Below are positions 40,314 through 54,699 of a DNA stretch of 64,000 nucleotides, in pieces. The notes beneath the pieces are model-generated. The model did no database searches and had not been told where the DNA came from. It saw only the letters and a list, made by a program, of their open reading frames with translations. Origin of the DNA: Camelus dromedarius (lineage: Eukaryota); contig NC_087436.1 of NCBI RefSeq assembly GCF_036321535.1, forward strand, positions 109,246,001 through 109,310,000, written 5' to 3'. Made by a program: the position numbers and the translations under genes. Within the stretch, counting starts at the first letter, position 1; each line of letters opens with the position of its first letter.

Positions 40314-41187
40314 AATTGGAACCCACATACATGGATGGTAGGAACATAAAATAGAAAGCAATTCGGAAGTTTCTCAAAGTGTTAAACATAATATTACCAC
40401 AGGACCCAGCAATTCCACTCCTCACATGGGAGGACGGGGTCCAGGTTAGAGCCTCAGATCTGGGACACAGGAAGGTTATAAGAAGCAGAGGTGATTGCTC
40501 CTGGAAGCTCTCAAAGACTAGCAGATGCCATAGAAACAGATTCCCAAACAGAAACCTGATGACATGGAGCTTTACATTCCCTAAACACGCACAGTTCAAC
40601 TTAATTTGGGGGTAAGTGAGTGCTCTCCACATGTTCTGAGCTCAGGGTCTTCCTCAAAGAAATGAAAACATGTACACACAAAAGCTTGTGCATTAATGTT
40701 CATATGGCACAGTTCATATTTTTGGCACAATAGCCAAAAAGTGGAAATAACTGAAATGTTCATCAACTGGTGATTAGATATATAAAATGTGGTATAGCCA
40801 TATGATGGAATATTATTCAGCCATAAGAAAGAATGAAGTAATAATACATGCTACAACATGGATGGACCTTGAAAACAGAATAGTAAGTAAAAAAGAGCCA
40901 GTCACAAAAGACCACATATTGTATTATTCTATTTATATGAAATGTACAGAATAGGCAAATCTACAGAGACAGAAAGTAGATTAGTGGTTGCCTGAGGCCA
41001 GAGGGGTAGGGAGTGAGGAGTGACTGCTAACAGGAATGGGGTTTCTTTTTGAGACGATGAAAATGTTCTAAACTTAGACTTTGTCAGCTTGCACAATTCT
41101 GTGAATATACAACAGCCACTGAATTGTACATGGGTAAATTTTATGGTATGTGAACTGTATCTCAATAAAGATGCTTAAAGAATAAAA
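40314..41187 (+). mobile_element. 5'-truncated LINE-1 (L1MB-like) with long TSD and an internal non-L1 insert
   Basis: ORF2 C-terminus 'LPQDPAIPLL' (cf. PYDPAIPLLGIYP), then an L1MB-type 3'UTR ending 'ctcaataaag' plus an A-rich tail. Flanking direct repeat aataaaga(a/c)atttctcttctg at 40293-40313 and 41188-41208 (20/21 identical). Confidence 0.92.
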
Positions 41188-44100
41188 AATAAAGACATTT
41201 CTCTTCTGTGAAAAATAAACAAATGAAATGTAAACATAAAGAACCACTATAGTTTGGTTCAATCCTTGTTTGAATGCCTTGAAATAAGCAAAATGTCTGA
41301 CTTCCAAGGGTGCTGATAAGATAAAGGTAAATTCTCCAAATCAGGCCACTGAACATCTCTGAATGAAACTCTGCATTCTTATGAATACAGTCCAAACAGT
41401 GATTATGTATTAAAAGTAACTCTTACACATTATAAAACTAAAATATTCCATATAACACTACCTCCATTTAAAATTTATCACCAGGCTACATCCATTGAAT
41501 TTTTCGTAAGTCTCTCTAACATTTGAATAAATGTTAAAATGTGCCTCATAGTAAACTTCAATTGTAATGCTGTTATAAGATTTCAATAAGTGAATACACT
41601 TTTAACATAGTCATATAGATGATGACAGAATGTGAATTTGTATCTTGCAAGCTCCATATCACACGTAATCAGATACAAAATTGTGTAATTCAATAAGCCA
41701 TGAGTTCACGGTAATAGACCTTCTTGGATGATAAATGTTCGCTTTAAAAACACAAGGCCTTCTAGAGTCAGACCCCCCTTTAACATTCCACCTTATTCTC
41801 CATCACTTGCTCTTGTCTCTCACACTCTCACCACACTAGTGGGCTTTACAGCCCCAGCTTAACCTCCTTGCACAAAGTGGTTCCCTTCTGGAACGAACAT
41901 GCCATCCTTGACATCACACAGCAATTCCATTGCACAGTGGCCTCTGCTTTGTTTAGTGTGTCCTTCCATCCCTCCATTAGGGACTCCGTTTCACGTAACC
42001 TGAACATTCCACATGGCCTGGCATGTTGTAGGCACTGGATAAACGTCTGATCGCTGATGCAACAAATGACTGCACAAAATGAAGTTTGAAACTTGCCTTT
42101 TAATGTGAATAGTCATTTACTTAAACCTTGAACACTTGATAAAAAGGCTGATGTTTGCAGTAGATATTTTAATTTGAGCTAAGTCTTCATTCATGTCCTT
42201 CAGAATAAAATTTTACAAATTGAAAAGATATGAATTCTAGAACAGAAAAAAATAGACTACGATACGAGTGAAAGCACAAGGCTGAAATGTGTCATGTGCT
42301 TCTGCACCTTTGGCAAAATGATGAAAAGGAAAAAAAAAACTATTCTGCATTTCTCTAGTTCTATTTTTGCCACTTATTAGACATGAAACTTTCTGTAAAA
42401 TGAGGTCAATAATATCTCCTTTTCTTACCTCACGGAATACAGATATGAATATGCATATGAAAAACCTTTCCTTAAGCTGAACTGCAAAGCCTTGGTATTA
42501 CTGAGCCCAAAAGTTGATATCCAGTGTATCTTTTTCTGCATTAGAAATGATTGAGCCTGCTGAACATTTAGCCCAATCACTGTCATGCATACTGAGGGAG
42601 AATTTTCCTTTGAGAAATAAAATATTCATCATTTCTAATTATAAGTGGTACTGTTGTCAGGACAACTTCTCTCATGAGGGATAGGATTATTCTAAAATAG
42701 TCTTCTTTAACAATTTTTTTTAAAATCTCAGAGCTTATTTACAAATGAAACTACATCATCCCTACTAATATTTCAATAATCAAAATACTCTCATCAGTTT
42801 AAAAGAAATGTTATTTGGGACATGTTTCAATACAGTTCTCTTCCTTAGCTCTACTAGGGAATTAGAATTCATGACATGAGGATTTAACTACCTAGCACTT
42901 CACTTAAAAGTAGAGAGTCTGGAACTAATGTTACATAAGTAGCAGACACAAAAAAAGAGTTAGCATGCCCCATCAATGTGTGGCTACTGGGGCAAAATGA
43001 CATTCTGAGGAGTGAAGAACTAAAGGATAATTGGATATAACAGGGATCTCCCTTCAGCAAATGTGAATCTCCTTGGCCATTCCTATATGCATGATTCACT
43101 GCCACACTACAAAATAAAAGACATTCTTATATTGAAATTTTCTTAAGACTGTAACAGAAATACATCCAAAATAACCAATATTCTCAATTATAAAAGCATA
43201 CTGTTAATCATTATTCCTAAGTTCGTAACTATACAATATTTATAATTTTTGGAGGTATCCCAACAACCTTGTGAACAAACAAGGGAGTGAGCATCTCATT
43301 TCAAATACGAGAAAGCAGATAAATATACTGCCCGAGGTCCCGTAGCCAGGAAGAATTCACCCACTCATTCATTCATTCACCCATATTTTCACAAAGTATG
43401 TACTAAGTGGCAAACACTGTAGTATATGTTGAGGGAAACCAAAGACTAATGAGATTAATCTTTTAATCAGAAAAGTGTATGTAGCAGATTCAACTTTTTT
43501 TAAACTGCAAATTCACTAAGTCTTTCTATTTTAGGCTCCTAGTAGCATGATGATTTACCAATGAAGCTCTAAGCACCACAGAAACTAAGTACAAAGAAAA
43601 AAACAAAGGATAAAGAAAGAGCTTCATAAAGGAAAAAAAAATGTATATTTCCTCTTTTGCTAGAACCAATGCTGGAGATTTATTTCCACTGAAATTTAAA
43701 ATAAGCAATTAATCATTAATTAGGTGTTTAGTACATAATATACATCCATCACTGTCAGTCACTGAATACACAGGAGAATGAAGACCAAAGTTTTACTACA
43801 GTTGAAAACACAAAGGATATGTATTTGTATGTGTATATGTGTGCTTGCAGGCATCTAAATGTGAGACAACTTGACTATATCCATCATATGTTATAACCTT
43901 GGACATACATGTACATGTAGCTAGCTAACGAATGAAGATTTCAAAAAATACAGCACAGAAAATTATGAAATAATGTGTATTCTAAATGGTGAAAACAATG
44001 CCCTTGCACAATATAATTCCATGCCTTTTGTTACAATCAGACTGAAAAGTTTTCTAATCTCTGAGCATGTCTTATGACTCAGTCTAGCCTAAGCAATACA

Positions 44101-46059
44101 AATACGTAAAACCATTCCACTTTCTTTCTCAAGAATAGAACACAGAACCAAACAATTATGGAAATTCAGTACCACCCTAAATGATTCATTGTGGTACCTT
44201 GAACTTTGTCAAAAAACATTATTTTAAAGAAAGCAAGATATGTGGTTTTTTAAAAATAAATCCATATAATAGACTTGTATGGCTTTAATTATTTTATAAA
44301 TTTGATTAGTTTAAAAAGCAGAAAAGATATTATCCATCTTTATTAACCTAATCATAATGTGCTGTATCTAAAGGATTTTTGTAAGCATTAAAATGTTCTA
44401 TATTTTCTACATTGATTTTTACTGTGAAAAAATTGTAAGATTACCTTTACCTTGAATAAAAATATCATACACCTGAAAATAGACATTTTATTTCAAACTT
44501 TTCTAGGCATGACCATTTTAGATTAATAAATTTAGAATTACAGACTAAGATAATTAGTACAAAATACTGCATCATTTTTACTGATTATTTGTTATGCGGT
44601 CCTGCAGATGGGCAAGGGGAGCCAAAGGAAGTATTTTCAGCTTTGACAAATGGGTAACAGCAATAATGCCAAGCAACCTCCATAGAATATGGAATTGGCT
44701 CCCCCTGTTGGGCCTGAAAAGTCCACATTTTTGACGATCACATATCAGATCTTTTAAAAAAAAAAATCAAAATGAACAATGTAAACAAAATCGAAGACCG
44801 ACAAGCACACTGGATATCTAAGTTTTTTATAAATTTTATTTAATTATTTTTATTTTTTTCTGGATAAAAAGATACCATGAAAATCAGCATATTCTTACTG
44901 AAGAAAACTGGAATCAATTTTCAACTTAGTGAAATGAAATGCCCAAATGAGGTGTATAATTTCATGAATGTTATTGTCTTCTTCTGTCATCTAAAAAACG
45001 TATGTCATCAACCTTTGAACTAAACACACAAGAAAATAAAACAATCGCTCCTTACTAAAAATGTTACCTGAAATAATGTTCTGGTAATAAAATCTGTTTT
45101 TACCCTTGTTGATACATATATGCATTAGAAAGAATTTTTTTTCAAGTGTGTATGTTCTTACTGCTCAAAGCAATGCAGAAGCTTACATCTCTTAAGAAAC
45201 ACCTACATGCCTTGAGAATGGCTGTTATGATTCAGCGATCGGGTGGGCTGTCTTTAACCTGCCTGCCCCAGCCTGGGAACAAATGGAGGGGCAGTAGTGG
45301 GAATTAATACAGAGCAAAGAGAACAAAAACAATAAAATCCCTTCTTGCTTTTGAATGTAGGATAGTGGGGAAAACCCATTTCACAAAGCCACTAAAATAA
45401 GTGTAAAATTACAACTGTGAATAATAGCAATTTTACATCATTGAAAAATAATGTGATAAATTACAGTTCCCAATTTGTAAACTAAGATTTTATACCAACC
45501 TCCCCCTGACATTGGCTCACCTCAACAAAGGCTCTGAGGGCTGCCGTAAAAACTACCAAGTTTTGACAGAAATGAGGCATTTTCAAGGGGGGACAAAATG
45601 GAAAGCAATTAAAAATCACAACGAAGCACTAAGACCTTAAGTACCCAGCAACATATGAAGATGTCTCTGTCATACCCCAGTTGTCTTTTTTCATACTTTA
45701 TAATTTTTTTAACTTTATCTTATTTTTCTTAAAATCTGGTCATTTAGAAAGTTGAGATTAATAGGCCTTATCAAAGCGTCCAGAACAATAAAAAATGTCA
45801 AAATGCCATTACATACAGCAAAGCTGATTGCTTTCCTTTGAAAGGTCAGTTGAGATCACACCTTGTGGTCCCTGCCTTAGTATAAATTCACAGGAGGACT
45901 CTAGGACACTGAATAAGCAGACCACGGGGACGAATACCAAAAATAGTTTCTCCTGAAAACTCCTATAGGACCATATGCCCTCTGAAAAGTTGAGAGAAAA
46001 TGCCCATCACGGCACTCTTTTCTGCACATACGCCTTTAGGACCCAGGACTCAAGCAAAC

Positions 46060-46225
46060 ATTGGTACTGTATCTTAGATACATATGGATTAAATAGGCTG
46101 GATGTACTGGCCTGGGAACTGAACCAATATTTACAACATTGTTTCTATGGGAAAACATGTTCCAAGTTCTAAATAACTTACAAACATTTGGAATATACTG
46201 ATACAAAACATTTTTGTTATGAGAT
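46060..46225. mobile_element. Old Tigger-type (TcMar) DNA transposon fragment
   Basis: 'ctggcctgggaactgaaccaatatttacaacattgtttctatgggaaaacatgttccaagttc...acttacaaac' matches subterminal sequence of ancient Tigger elements as recalled. Subfamily not assigned. Confidence 0.6.
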
Positions 46226-48682
46226 ATATTAGCAAGACAGGATATAGATTACAGTTGACTTGGAGTCAATTCATGTTGACCTTTTTTTATTTACCTCCCA
46301 CTTTTCCTTCACAATCTGGCAAAGGAATGAAAATTCCATGATTTACACAGGTATATAATTTTTGTTTGCAAAAACCCTACGGGATTTTAAAAATTAGCAA
46401 TAAGAATACATACTAAATCTCTAGCAACCTTGACCTAAGTCCACCGTATTCACCCTACCCTACTTCAGTGAGTCCTATTGACATTTCTTAGATCGACAGT
46501 TTTGCCTGGGGAATCTCAAAAATGCGATTTTCCAGATTTTGCTGGTTAGCAAACACAGATTCTACTGTCCTTGGTTTCTCTTTTATCTGGAATGAATCGT
46601 CATCTGCTGGCAAATAACTCATTTAAAACATCCAAGTTCTTAGCATTCAAGTACAAGGAGGAAAAAAAAAAAAAGACTATTTTGTCTCCAAACTCTGAGG
46701 CAATCACTTGAACATTTTAGAAATATAAAAATGTTACAAAGAGAAGAATTTTTTCCAAACTTGAAAAATCAGGAAAACATAAAAGTTTTACTTCAGATAA
46801 ATCTTACACTTTTGAATTTATTACAAAAAATGTGAACCATTTTAAAAGTATCATAATAAAATTTAACTACTTCAAAATCTTTTATCAAAGCAGGCAGTAA
46901 TGAGGATTTTTTTTAAAAAATGAGAAGAAACACAGTTAAGAAATGCATATGAATTAAGAAAACTATATGTAAAGAAGCAGCGAAAGAAAGCCTTGATCCA
47001 AGAGAAAAAAAAGTGGCACTCTGAAAATCAAGATATATCAACAGCAAACTGCTTTCAAGGACAATTACAACAGCTTCTGATTGCACATAACATAATGCTG
47101 TGTATACACGCTGAGCCGTCACCTTTGCATTAGCAGAGAAGAAAGCGCAATTTCACTCAGACACTGGTAAGTCATAAACAGAAAATTTCAAGTTGGAAAA
47201 GCTATCCCATTCATTCACGTTTAGGTGGTTTCAATCTATTTGATGAAATTTGCACTTTGCTTTCCTTTTCAGAGTTTAAATTCAGTTAAACATATGAAAG
47301 GAAAGTTTCCATTCTTTCATTTCACAGCTATCCCACCACAGTGACGAAAGATGATGCAGTAACACGAAAAGAAAGCAACTTATTGAGGCAGCTAATGCAA
47401 AATATTGTTTACATCCATGAAGCCAAGCATTTAATAAAAATAGGATGGTGGTAACTTCCTGGGGCTTACAGAGTATCTATAGTCTAGCATCACAGGATGG
47501 AATATAAGGGCACGGTGGGGTTGTTTACCTGTCAATCACTTGTCAGTTTCACCAGTTCTCTACAAATACTCCTTGTACTTGGAAATTTCTTTACCAATCT
47601 CTGTAATTAGAATTTTCAAACACAGCAATAGACATTTTTTCTAAAACTATTAAATTAAATCACCAGCAGACACAAAAGGAAAGGTAATGCCATGGTAACT
47701 TTTGTGCAACTGAAAAATTACATTTTTTAACTTGTTTCCAGTTCAGGTCGCTGGCTTATTTTTGGTTTTATTCTCCTTGTTTAATGCACAATTCCACTTT
47801 CCACATCTTTTTAAACATTTGACATTATTATTAAGTAGATGGAGTAATAAAATAAGCAATAAGTTAACTAATATCTGTGTTCAAAGTGAGAGAATATGAG
47901 CGGTCTCACCAGTCTGTTCTCATAAGCATAACAAGAGGTAATTCATGGACAGTTGTTTGGGTTGCTAGTATTTCTAGAACGTCTACAGTATGTGAAAGGT
48001 CAGTGGACAACAATCAGTAGAAAACTTGTTTGAACGTACCACTGTTTCCTAGACATTTTCTTAGATTTGATAGATTCCAAGTATGACACAGATCACCATA
48101 CAAATAAAGTGAAAATGTAGTTTACTCTAGAACATTCTGTATCAAAGAACATAATAATTTGAGCATGTAACTCTTCTAACACTTTATTTAATAATATCTG
48201 TCCTTCCTTACTCTCCATCTTACTTTCTTTTCGAAAGTGGTCTGTTAAGAAAAATCAAGCCTATAAATTTAGGTAGATTTACTTATAATTACACCTTCTC
48301 ATTGAGCATAGATTTAAGATTTTTAGAAGAAAAAGATCATTGAGTACAGAATGTTCGAAGACACCTTTTTAAAATCCTGAAAATAATACAATATTTCGTT
48401 TTGTTCTATTTCATTTTATTGGGTTAAATAGCTTCTTAGGCAGCTCAAATACCTTTCAAGGTGGGTAGGGTGAGGACTGGATTTAATTGGCAATGAACAT
48501 AGTGAGTTGCATTGACTAGCTATTAAGATACTGACATATTTTCTGCTCAGGTACAAATCTATGTGAGAATTTCCCCCAAAAGTCATGTACAAATCAGGAA
48601 TCAATCATACAAACTGACCTTGTTCTAAATTAAAGTTAAATGAATATGTTGCCATTCAAATGGAAATCAGAAATTATTTACC

Positions 48683-48880
48683 CCAGGGATTTTCAAATTA
48701 AGATTATTGCATACACAGTGTTTCAGAGAGGGTCCTCAGGGAGCCTTCCAGAGTGGGGGGCTCCTTGTCATCCTTGATTCAGAGAAATTATGGTCAATCG
48801 CTGGTATGTATTGTCATTTTGTATCAAATTCATTTTTAAATGGAAGTCAGTGACAGAAAAATTAAAATGAGAAACGTTTA
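48683..48880. mobile_element. hAT-Charlie MITE (MER102-like), decayed
   Basis: Starts 'cagggattttcaaa', contains 'cctcagggag' and 'aaattcatttttaaatggaag', ends 'tgagaaacgttt'. Confidence 0.45.
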
Positions 48881-51800
48881 AGACACATTCTTGTGCAATC
48901 TTCCCAACAGTGGAGCAGTGCCGGGTATCTGGCCCTAAGCCCTCTGCAAAGACTCTGAGGCAAACAATTCCATTGCCAAATTACTCTGGTCTTTTTGAGC
49001 TATCTAGCGTTCACACTTCTTTGAGAGGATAATACCTCAGATGTTTTAGAAAGTTTGGTTAAGTATCACTTAGACTGACTATCTCTTTCTTCCAAACATC
49101 TCAAGTTTCTTCAACTGATTCTCGTATGATATACCATTCAGGCCTTTTAATATCCTCAGTGTTTTTCTGTCTTTCCATTTGCCAGTGTCAGTACTAGGAT
49201 GTCACTTCTCAAGATGAGATGACCTATTTTATGGGTCAGAGAAGATATGAATTCCAATCACGGTTTTTCTCTTTAGCAGCTAGGCTAGTCAACTTTCAGC
49301 TTTCTCACCTGCAAACTAGGATAAAGGTACACTAACAGCTCTTCTAGAAAGAATGTCAACGTGCATAAATTAAAAATCTATATATAGCATATTGCAAAAG
49401 AAAAACATGTGAATTTCTTTTTCCTCTTCCTTAGAACCCAAACTATCAGCCAGAATTCAAAACAAAACAAAGCAAAAAATCATCTGAGAATGGAGAATTT
49501 ATGGGAGAAAACTGATACTTACACATTACTCCAGTGGCCTCAGGATACAAACCCCAGTGTATGAAATATGAGACTCAGTGGGGGCTAAGGCCTTTGTGTA
49601 TATTTACCTGGCTTAATACAGAGCCTAGCATAGCACCCTTAACAGGTGGGTACCTTCTGAAGATAGTAATAATAATAATAAGTAGCATGTACATTTCTGT
49701 GAATTTCAGGTAAGTACCTTTGAATAACAACAAAGTGCAAACAGTGTGAAATGGTAAGAAAAGAGAAGGAAAATGGATCTGGATTCCTGGAGCAGGTGTA
49801 GACCAGAGAGCACGGACTCTCTACTTGGGGAGCCTGGACCCTTGAGCCACAGCGAAGACTCCTCCACAGGCTGGGCAGCCTTGGGCAGGTCACACAACAT
49901 CTCTGGCACCAGTTCCTTCACTTAAGTCTCTAAGGTCCTTTCCAGCATGGGGATATACGTTCTTTCACTCTGATATGAAAATGAAAGCCACGCTGATACA
50001 TCGATGCCTCTACTTTCAACAACAGAATAAGGGAACCAGGGTATGTGTGTCAGTAAAAGAGGTAAGAAGTGGTTCCAAATCCTGAAACAAGAGTAGCGCT
50101 CTTCCTTTCATGATTCTATTTCACACTGCTCTAGGTTAAGAACGCCACTTGATGATCATTCGTATCTTAATTCATCTAAATGCTTTGGGAATTAGGTTTC
50201 TTTGTTGTTTATATAGGCTTCGCTTAAATTTTTAAAAATCTTGTTGTCTATCTAAAACCATCATGCTCTACAACACCTGTGCAATGTCACTGCACACAGC
50301 TCTTTATACATCCCTCTCTTTTCCTGACAGGATCAGCCTGAATTAGGACGCTGGACCACAGCGTTATTTCTGCAACTGGTCTCCAGGGTTCAAGTCTTTC
50401 TTTACTTCAATTTACAGTCATAATCATCCCAGAAAATTATCTCGATCCGATGACCCTGCCAAATAAAATCCAAATGAAGTCTTCAGCCCAGCATTTCAGA
50501 GCCTTTCAAAGGGTCTCACTTGCTATTTCTCGATTGCCTCTCCTTAATCCTGTACCACAAATGTAAGGATTTTTTCTCATTTAATAAACATAACTTTTAA
50601 CCATTTCAACTTATGTTATCTCTCTATATGGATGCTTTCTTCCCCTCTTAGGCTTTTGGAAAATATAGAAATCCACTTAAAATGGAATCTCTTTGTTGCC
50701 TTCCTGGGTACTGCAGTTGGAGGTGATTTTTACTCCCCTAGAGCCTAGTAGCACCCATGACTCAATGGTATTCAGGGCACTGATGAAAGCTCCATCACTG
50801 CGCCACAACTCACCCCGCAATACGGCTGCTTGGAGTAGACCCCAGGAAAGGCCAGCAGGTTGTCATTTCTTCAGAAAACAGATTAACCCATTAGCCAGTC
50901 ATCTAACCAACTAGCCACACTTTAACTAGTTTAATATAAAGAAGGAACAAAACTTTTATTTTAAAGCAAGCATCACATCAGACCTCACAGGCAAACAGCT
51001 GTGATTCTAGCACTGCTAATAAATATGAAGAAGGATTCTGCAGTTAGCATGCTCAAAATGCAGAGAGTCTATGAGCAGTGTCTATTTCATGGCATATTTA
51101 CGCATTATACTGATTCCTTAGAATAAATCTGTGAACCAATCATTATTTTCATCTTACAGAGAAAGAAGCCGAAGCTCAGAGTGGTTAATTATTTTGTCCA
51201 TATCACACCTTTATAAAGTGGCTGGACCATGATTCCAGTTAAGATATTCTGAATCCAAACATACTTGTCCATTTTGTGTCCAGAAACCTACCAGGCATTC
51301 ATTAGTATCATATGCCAGAGGCAGAGACGAAATGAAACAGTTGTTTTACATCTAAAGATTTAGAGTACGCCAATAAATGGGGACAAGAAGGCTCATCATA
51401 GTCACCTGAAAAGGGAATCGGCTCGTAAGTCTTAAAATCAGTGTTATCTGCTTTCCCAAAAAGGAATGCATTGGGATAGAGCTGATCAAAGCCTGAAGAC
51501 AAACCCTGTAGCCACAGTCCATCCACTCTCTTCTTCGGCACAATCATGGGAGCAAGGGAGACACTCAATTCACACATACACACATACGCATACGCAAAGT
51601 GACGCAGGCGATGGCCAGGATGTCCTGACCCTAGGCTGACCTTTCTTAAGGCATCTGAAAATGACATCAGGAAAAAGCTGCAAATCAACTTGGAAACTGC
51701 CATGACACTGGAATTATAAGTTAAATCCAAGTTCTCCGTAATTGCTCTCATCATGTATTATCATCAGTACAGGTTTTGAGCATCAATCCCCACCATTTAT

Positions 51801-52239
51801 AATTTATTCATGTATTTATAAATTAGTATGCCAATACCACTGCACTATGAATATTTAAAATACAGACAAAGCAGAGAGTTTTCAAAGTTGAGAGAAAAAT
51901 TGAAATACAAAATTCTAAAATTTTCTCTCTATATCTAGAGCCATACTATCACGTACAGCATCTCTGTGAAAAAATTGTAAAGACGGCATCTCAGGGGCAA
52001 AAACAGCCTAGTGAGCCAAAGACAGGCTGAATTTCATCTCCCATTCTCCTTCCCAGCCAGGCACTTGTATGTGCAACATGCACTATAATTTTTAAGATCA
52101 CTAAAAGGAGATTATTTTAAGCAATCCCTAAAGGATGCACGTGCCACCCTGAAGACACTGAATTAAATTACAACTGTTTACTAAATGCTTTTCTGGGAAT
52201 GATTTTGCTCTCTGGGGAATATCATACAAGTGCAAGATA

Positions 52240-53220
52240 TGCATTCAGTCATTTGGAAAAATATCTCTGGTATGTACTATGCCAAGTACTGTTCTGAGGA
52301 AAGGGCAAACATCTTAGACTAGATTCAGCCTACTTTTCAGCTCGACCAAGAGACAGATGAGAAGAACAGAGAAGTAATAACTACATTAACAGGACAGGGT
52401 GCTGCGGTCACTCAGATGAGGGATGTATCATCCAGCCTTGAGTGAAGTGAAGCCCAGTGAGGGGAATCTCTATGCTGAACCCTAAAATAAGACAAGGAAA
52501 TGATGAAACAGATCTGAGGCAGGGAAGAAGTGGCTGGTCCTGAAGACTTTACAATTTTCCAGTATTTAGGTTATTGTGAGAAAAGATATAAGGGGAAAAA
52601 TGAGGAACTAATACAAAACACTAACCTTTCCTCTATAAATCATAATCATCATTTATGGAAAACACATGGCAATAGACTGACAAGACAATGCCTGGGGCAA
52701 TCACTCAACACACATTTACTGAGCACCTAGGAGATGCCAGATACTCACCAGGCTTTAGGGAAACAATAGTCAGTAAAAACCCAGGCCGTGGTTTCAAGAA
52801 GCTCCAGTAAAGAACGAGTATTCATACAATAACCATACAGATAGGCCTGCATTTGCAAACTATATGCTTACAGTATGGGGAGGTGCGAAGAGAAGATGAT
52901 TTAACCTGGAGCATCGTGGAAGGGGTGTTTGAACTGGAATATGAAGGCTCTACACAAAGTGAACCAGGATTTCTATGGACCACAAGGGGACAATAACTGG
53001 GTACAGGAAAGCAGCAGGGGCCTGAGTCTGCAGAAGAATAGGCTTGGGAATCTGCATATGCAAAGGCCCTGTGGAAGCAAAAAGCAAATATTATCCCGGG
53101 AACTGCATTTGTCCATACAGCTGAGCAGCCAGAAGAAAGGAGGGTAAAAGAAGCAGGATGAAGCTGAAGAGTGAGGGGGGAATGCAAGACTCAGGCCCAC
53201 CAAGCCTGGGGGCTTGGATC
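52240..53220 (-). mobile_element. LINE-2 fragments (at least two 3' ends)
   Basis: 'cactcaacacacatttactgagcacctaggagatgccag' is a reverse L2 tail. Also 'ttgaactggaatatgaagg' and 'gcatatgcaaaggccctgtgg'. Confidence 0.7.
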
Positions 53221-53940
53221 TTCAGCGCAACGCCATGAAGGAAGAGAGTCCTTCCCCCAGTGGAAGTCACCTTCACTCCTTCCTCCTAGGCTCTCTCCTT
53301 TCCACAAACACCGACTGACATCCACCCAGCTACCATGTGTGATGCACTAATTTGGATGCTGAGGATACAACAGTGGAGAAAACAGACAGAGTCTCTGTCC
53401 TCAAGAAACTCACATTTTACAGGGGGAGGCAGGTAAAGAGATGTGTTAAACGGCATAACTGATTATATACATCACAGCATTGCTGTGAGAGTCATGGGAG
53501 ATGGTACGATTATACACTTTATAAAATGTAAACTGTTTTGTTAAAGAAAAGACCTTTATGAATTTTTCTCGGGTGTATTAACTTAGACGTGGCAATGAGG
53601 CACCTCTGTGGATTCATAATGTAAATATTTGGAAGTGGAAAACTGGAAGACAGATGAGACAAAGATGAAATAAATAAATTCTGACCGAGAAAATACAAGT
53701 GCAACTACTCAAAGCCAGCCTGTCCTACGTGCTGAGCCTTACACAGATTTTACTTTTAATCATCTTGAAAACCTGAAAGGTGGGTTTTATTCGCCCTATG
53801 GGTGAAAATAAAGCCCAAAGAAATCAACAAAGGTAAGAGGTTCAGTTCTTTGCACCTAAATTAGAAGTTGCTGTAATAGTAACTTTTCCAAAATTCCCGC
53901 AGTACAAAAAAAATGAAAAATTTAAACTTAAGTGCTTGAT

Positions 53941-54465
53941 TACAGTGGACACTGAGGGTTATTTCCTCACATCTGTCACCACCCCTTCCTCCTTCCTAAC
54001 AGCATCCTAATCTGATTCACTTACCCATCCATCCGAAAGTCCGGAGGGGTATCTTAACTAGTTTAAGCCAATCACTATGTGTCATTTCTTTGGCAACTCT
54101 TGGTCTGAAGTTGAAACCTAAATTGTTTCAGTCGATCAAAGGAAGGGATTTAGAATCCACTGGGCTGTGCTGGAGAGATGTCTCTTCTGTCCTTTCTTTT
54201 CTTCCTTACTCTCTCCTTTTTTCCTCTTTCTCCCATTACATATGAACCAGTGGGATTCCCATCCAAACCCAAAGTGATGGCCCTTTTGAGCCCAGGAGCA
54301 AAGCCTTAGGAGAAGCTGCCCTTGAGGATGGAAAAATGAAGAGAGAGAAAGGAATGAAAACTACCTCTGAACGTCTTGCTCTGTGCAATCATAAGTTTTC
54401 TTACTATTGAAGCCAGATTCAGACAAGTGTCAGTTGTTTGCAACTGAAAACATACAACGAATCTA
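53941..54465 (+). mobile_element. MaLR solo LTR (MLT1K/L-like)
   Basis: 'gtggacactg...cttcctaacagcatcc', 'tttaagccaatc', 'gaggatggaaaaatgaagagagagaaagga', 'ttgaagccag...gtttgcaactgaaaacat'. Confidence 0.7.
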
Positions 54466-54699
54466 TTAACAGTAACCACCTATTTTCTACATGTAAATAG
54501 TTTGTCTTATTGAGAAATTAAACAAGACTTTAAAATTGAAGAGTTTTTCCAAAAGCATCCACAATAACCTGGCTGACACGATATACTATCCTGGGTAGAG
54601 AGCCTCATCCTGGCATTTCAGAAAATGAAGTGAAATATTCTAATTTTTGAGCACGTGTGCAGAACACAAGAATTCAGTGAAGTGTCAGCATCTCTAATA

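Noticed and set aside
49695..49715. Plus-strand TTTCAG|GTAAGT, a recursive-splice-like site
   Set aside because: Weak pyrimidine tract, and a single 9-mer match is expected by chance in a window this size.
51308..51754. Longest ORF in the track (148 aa, minus strand)
   Set aside because: No recognisable domain, includes a (TG)-like low-complexity stretch, and has no convincing splice or promoter context. One such ORF in 64 kb is plausible by chance.
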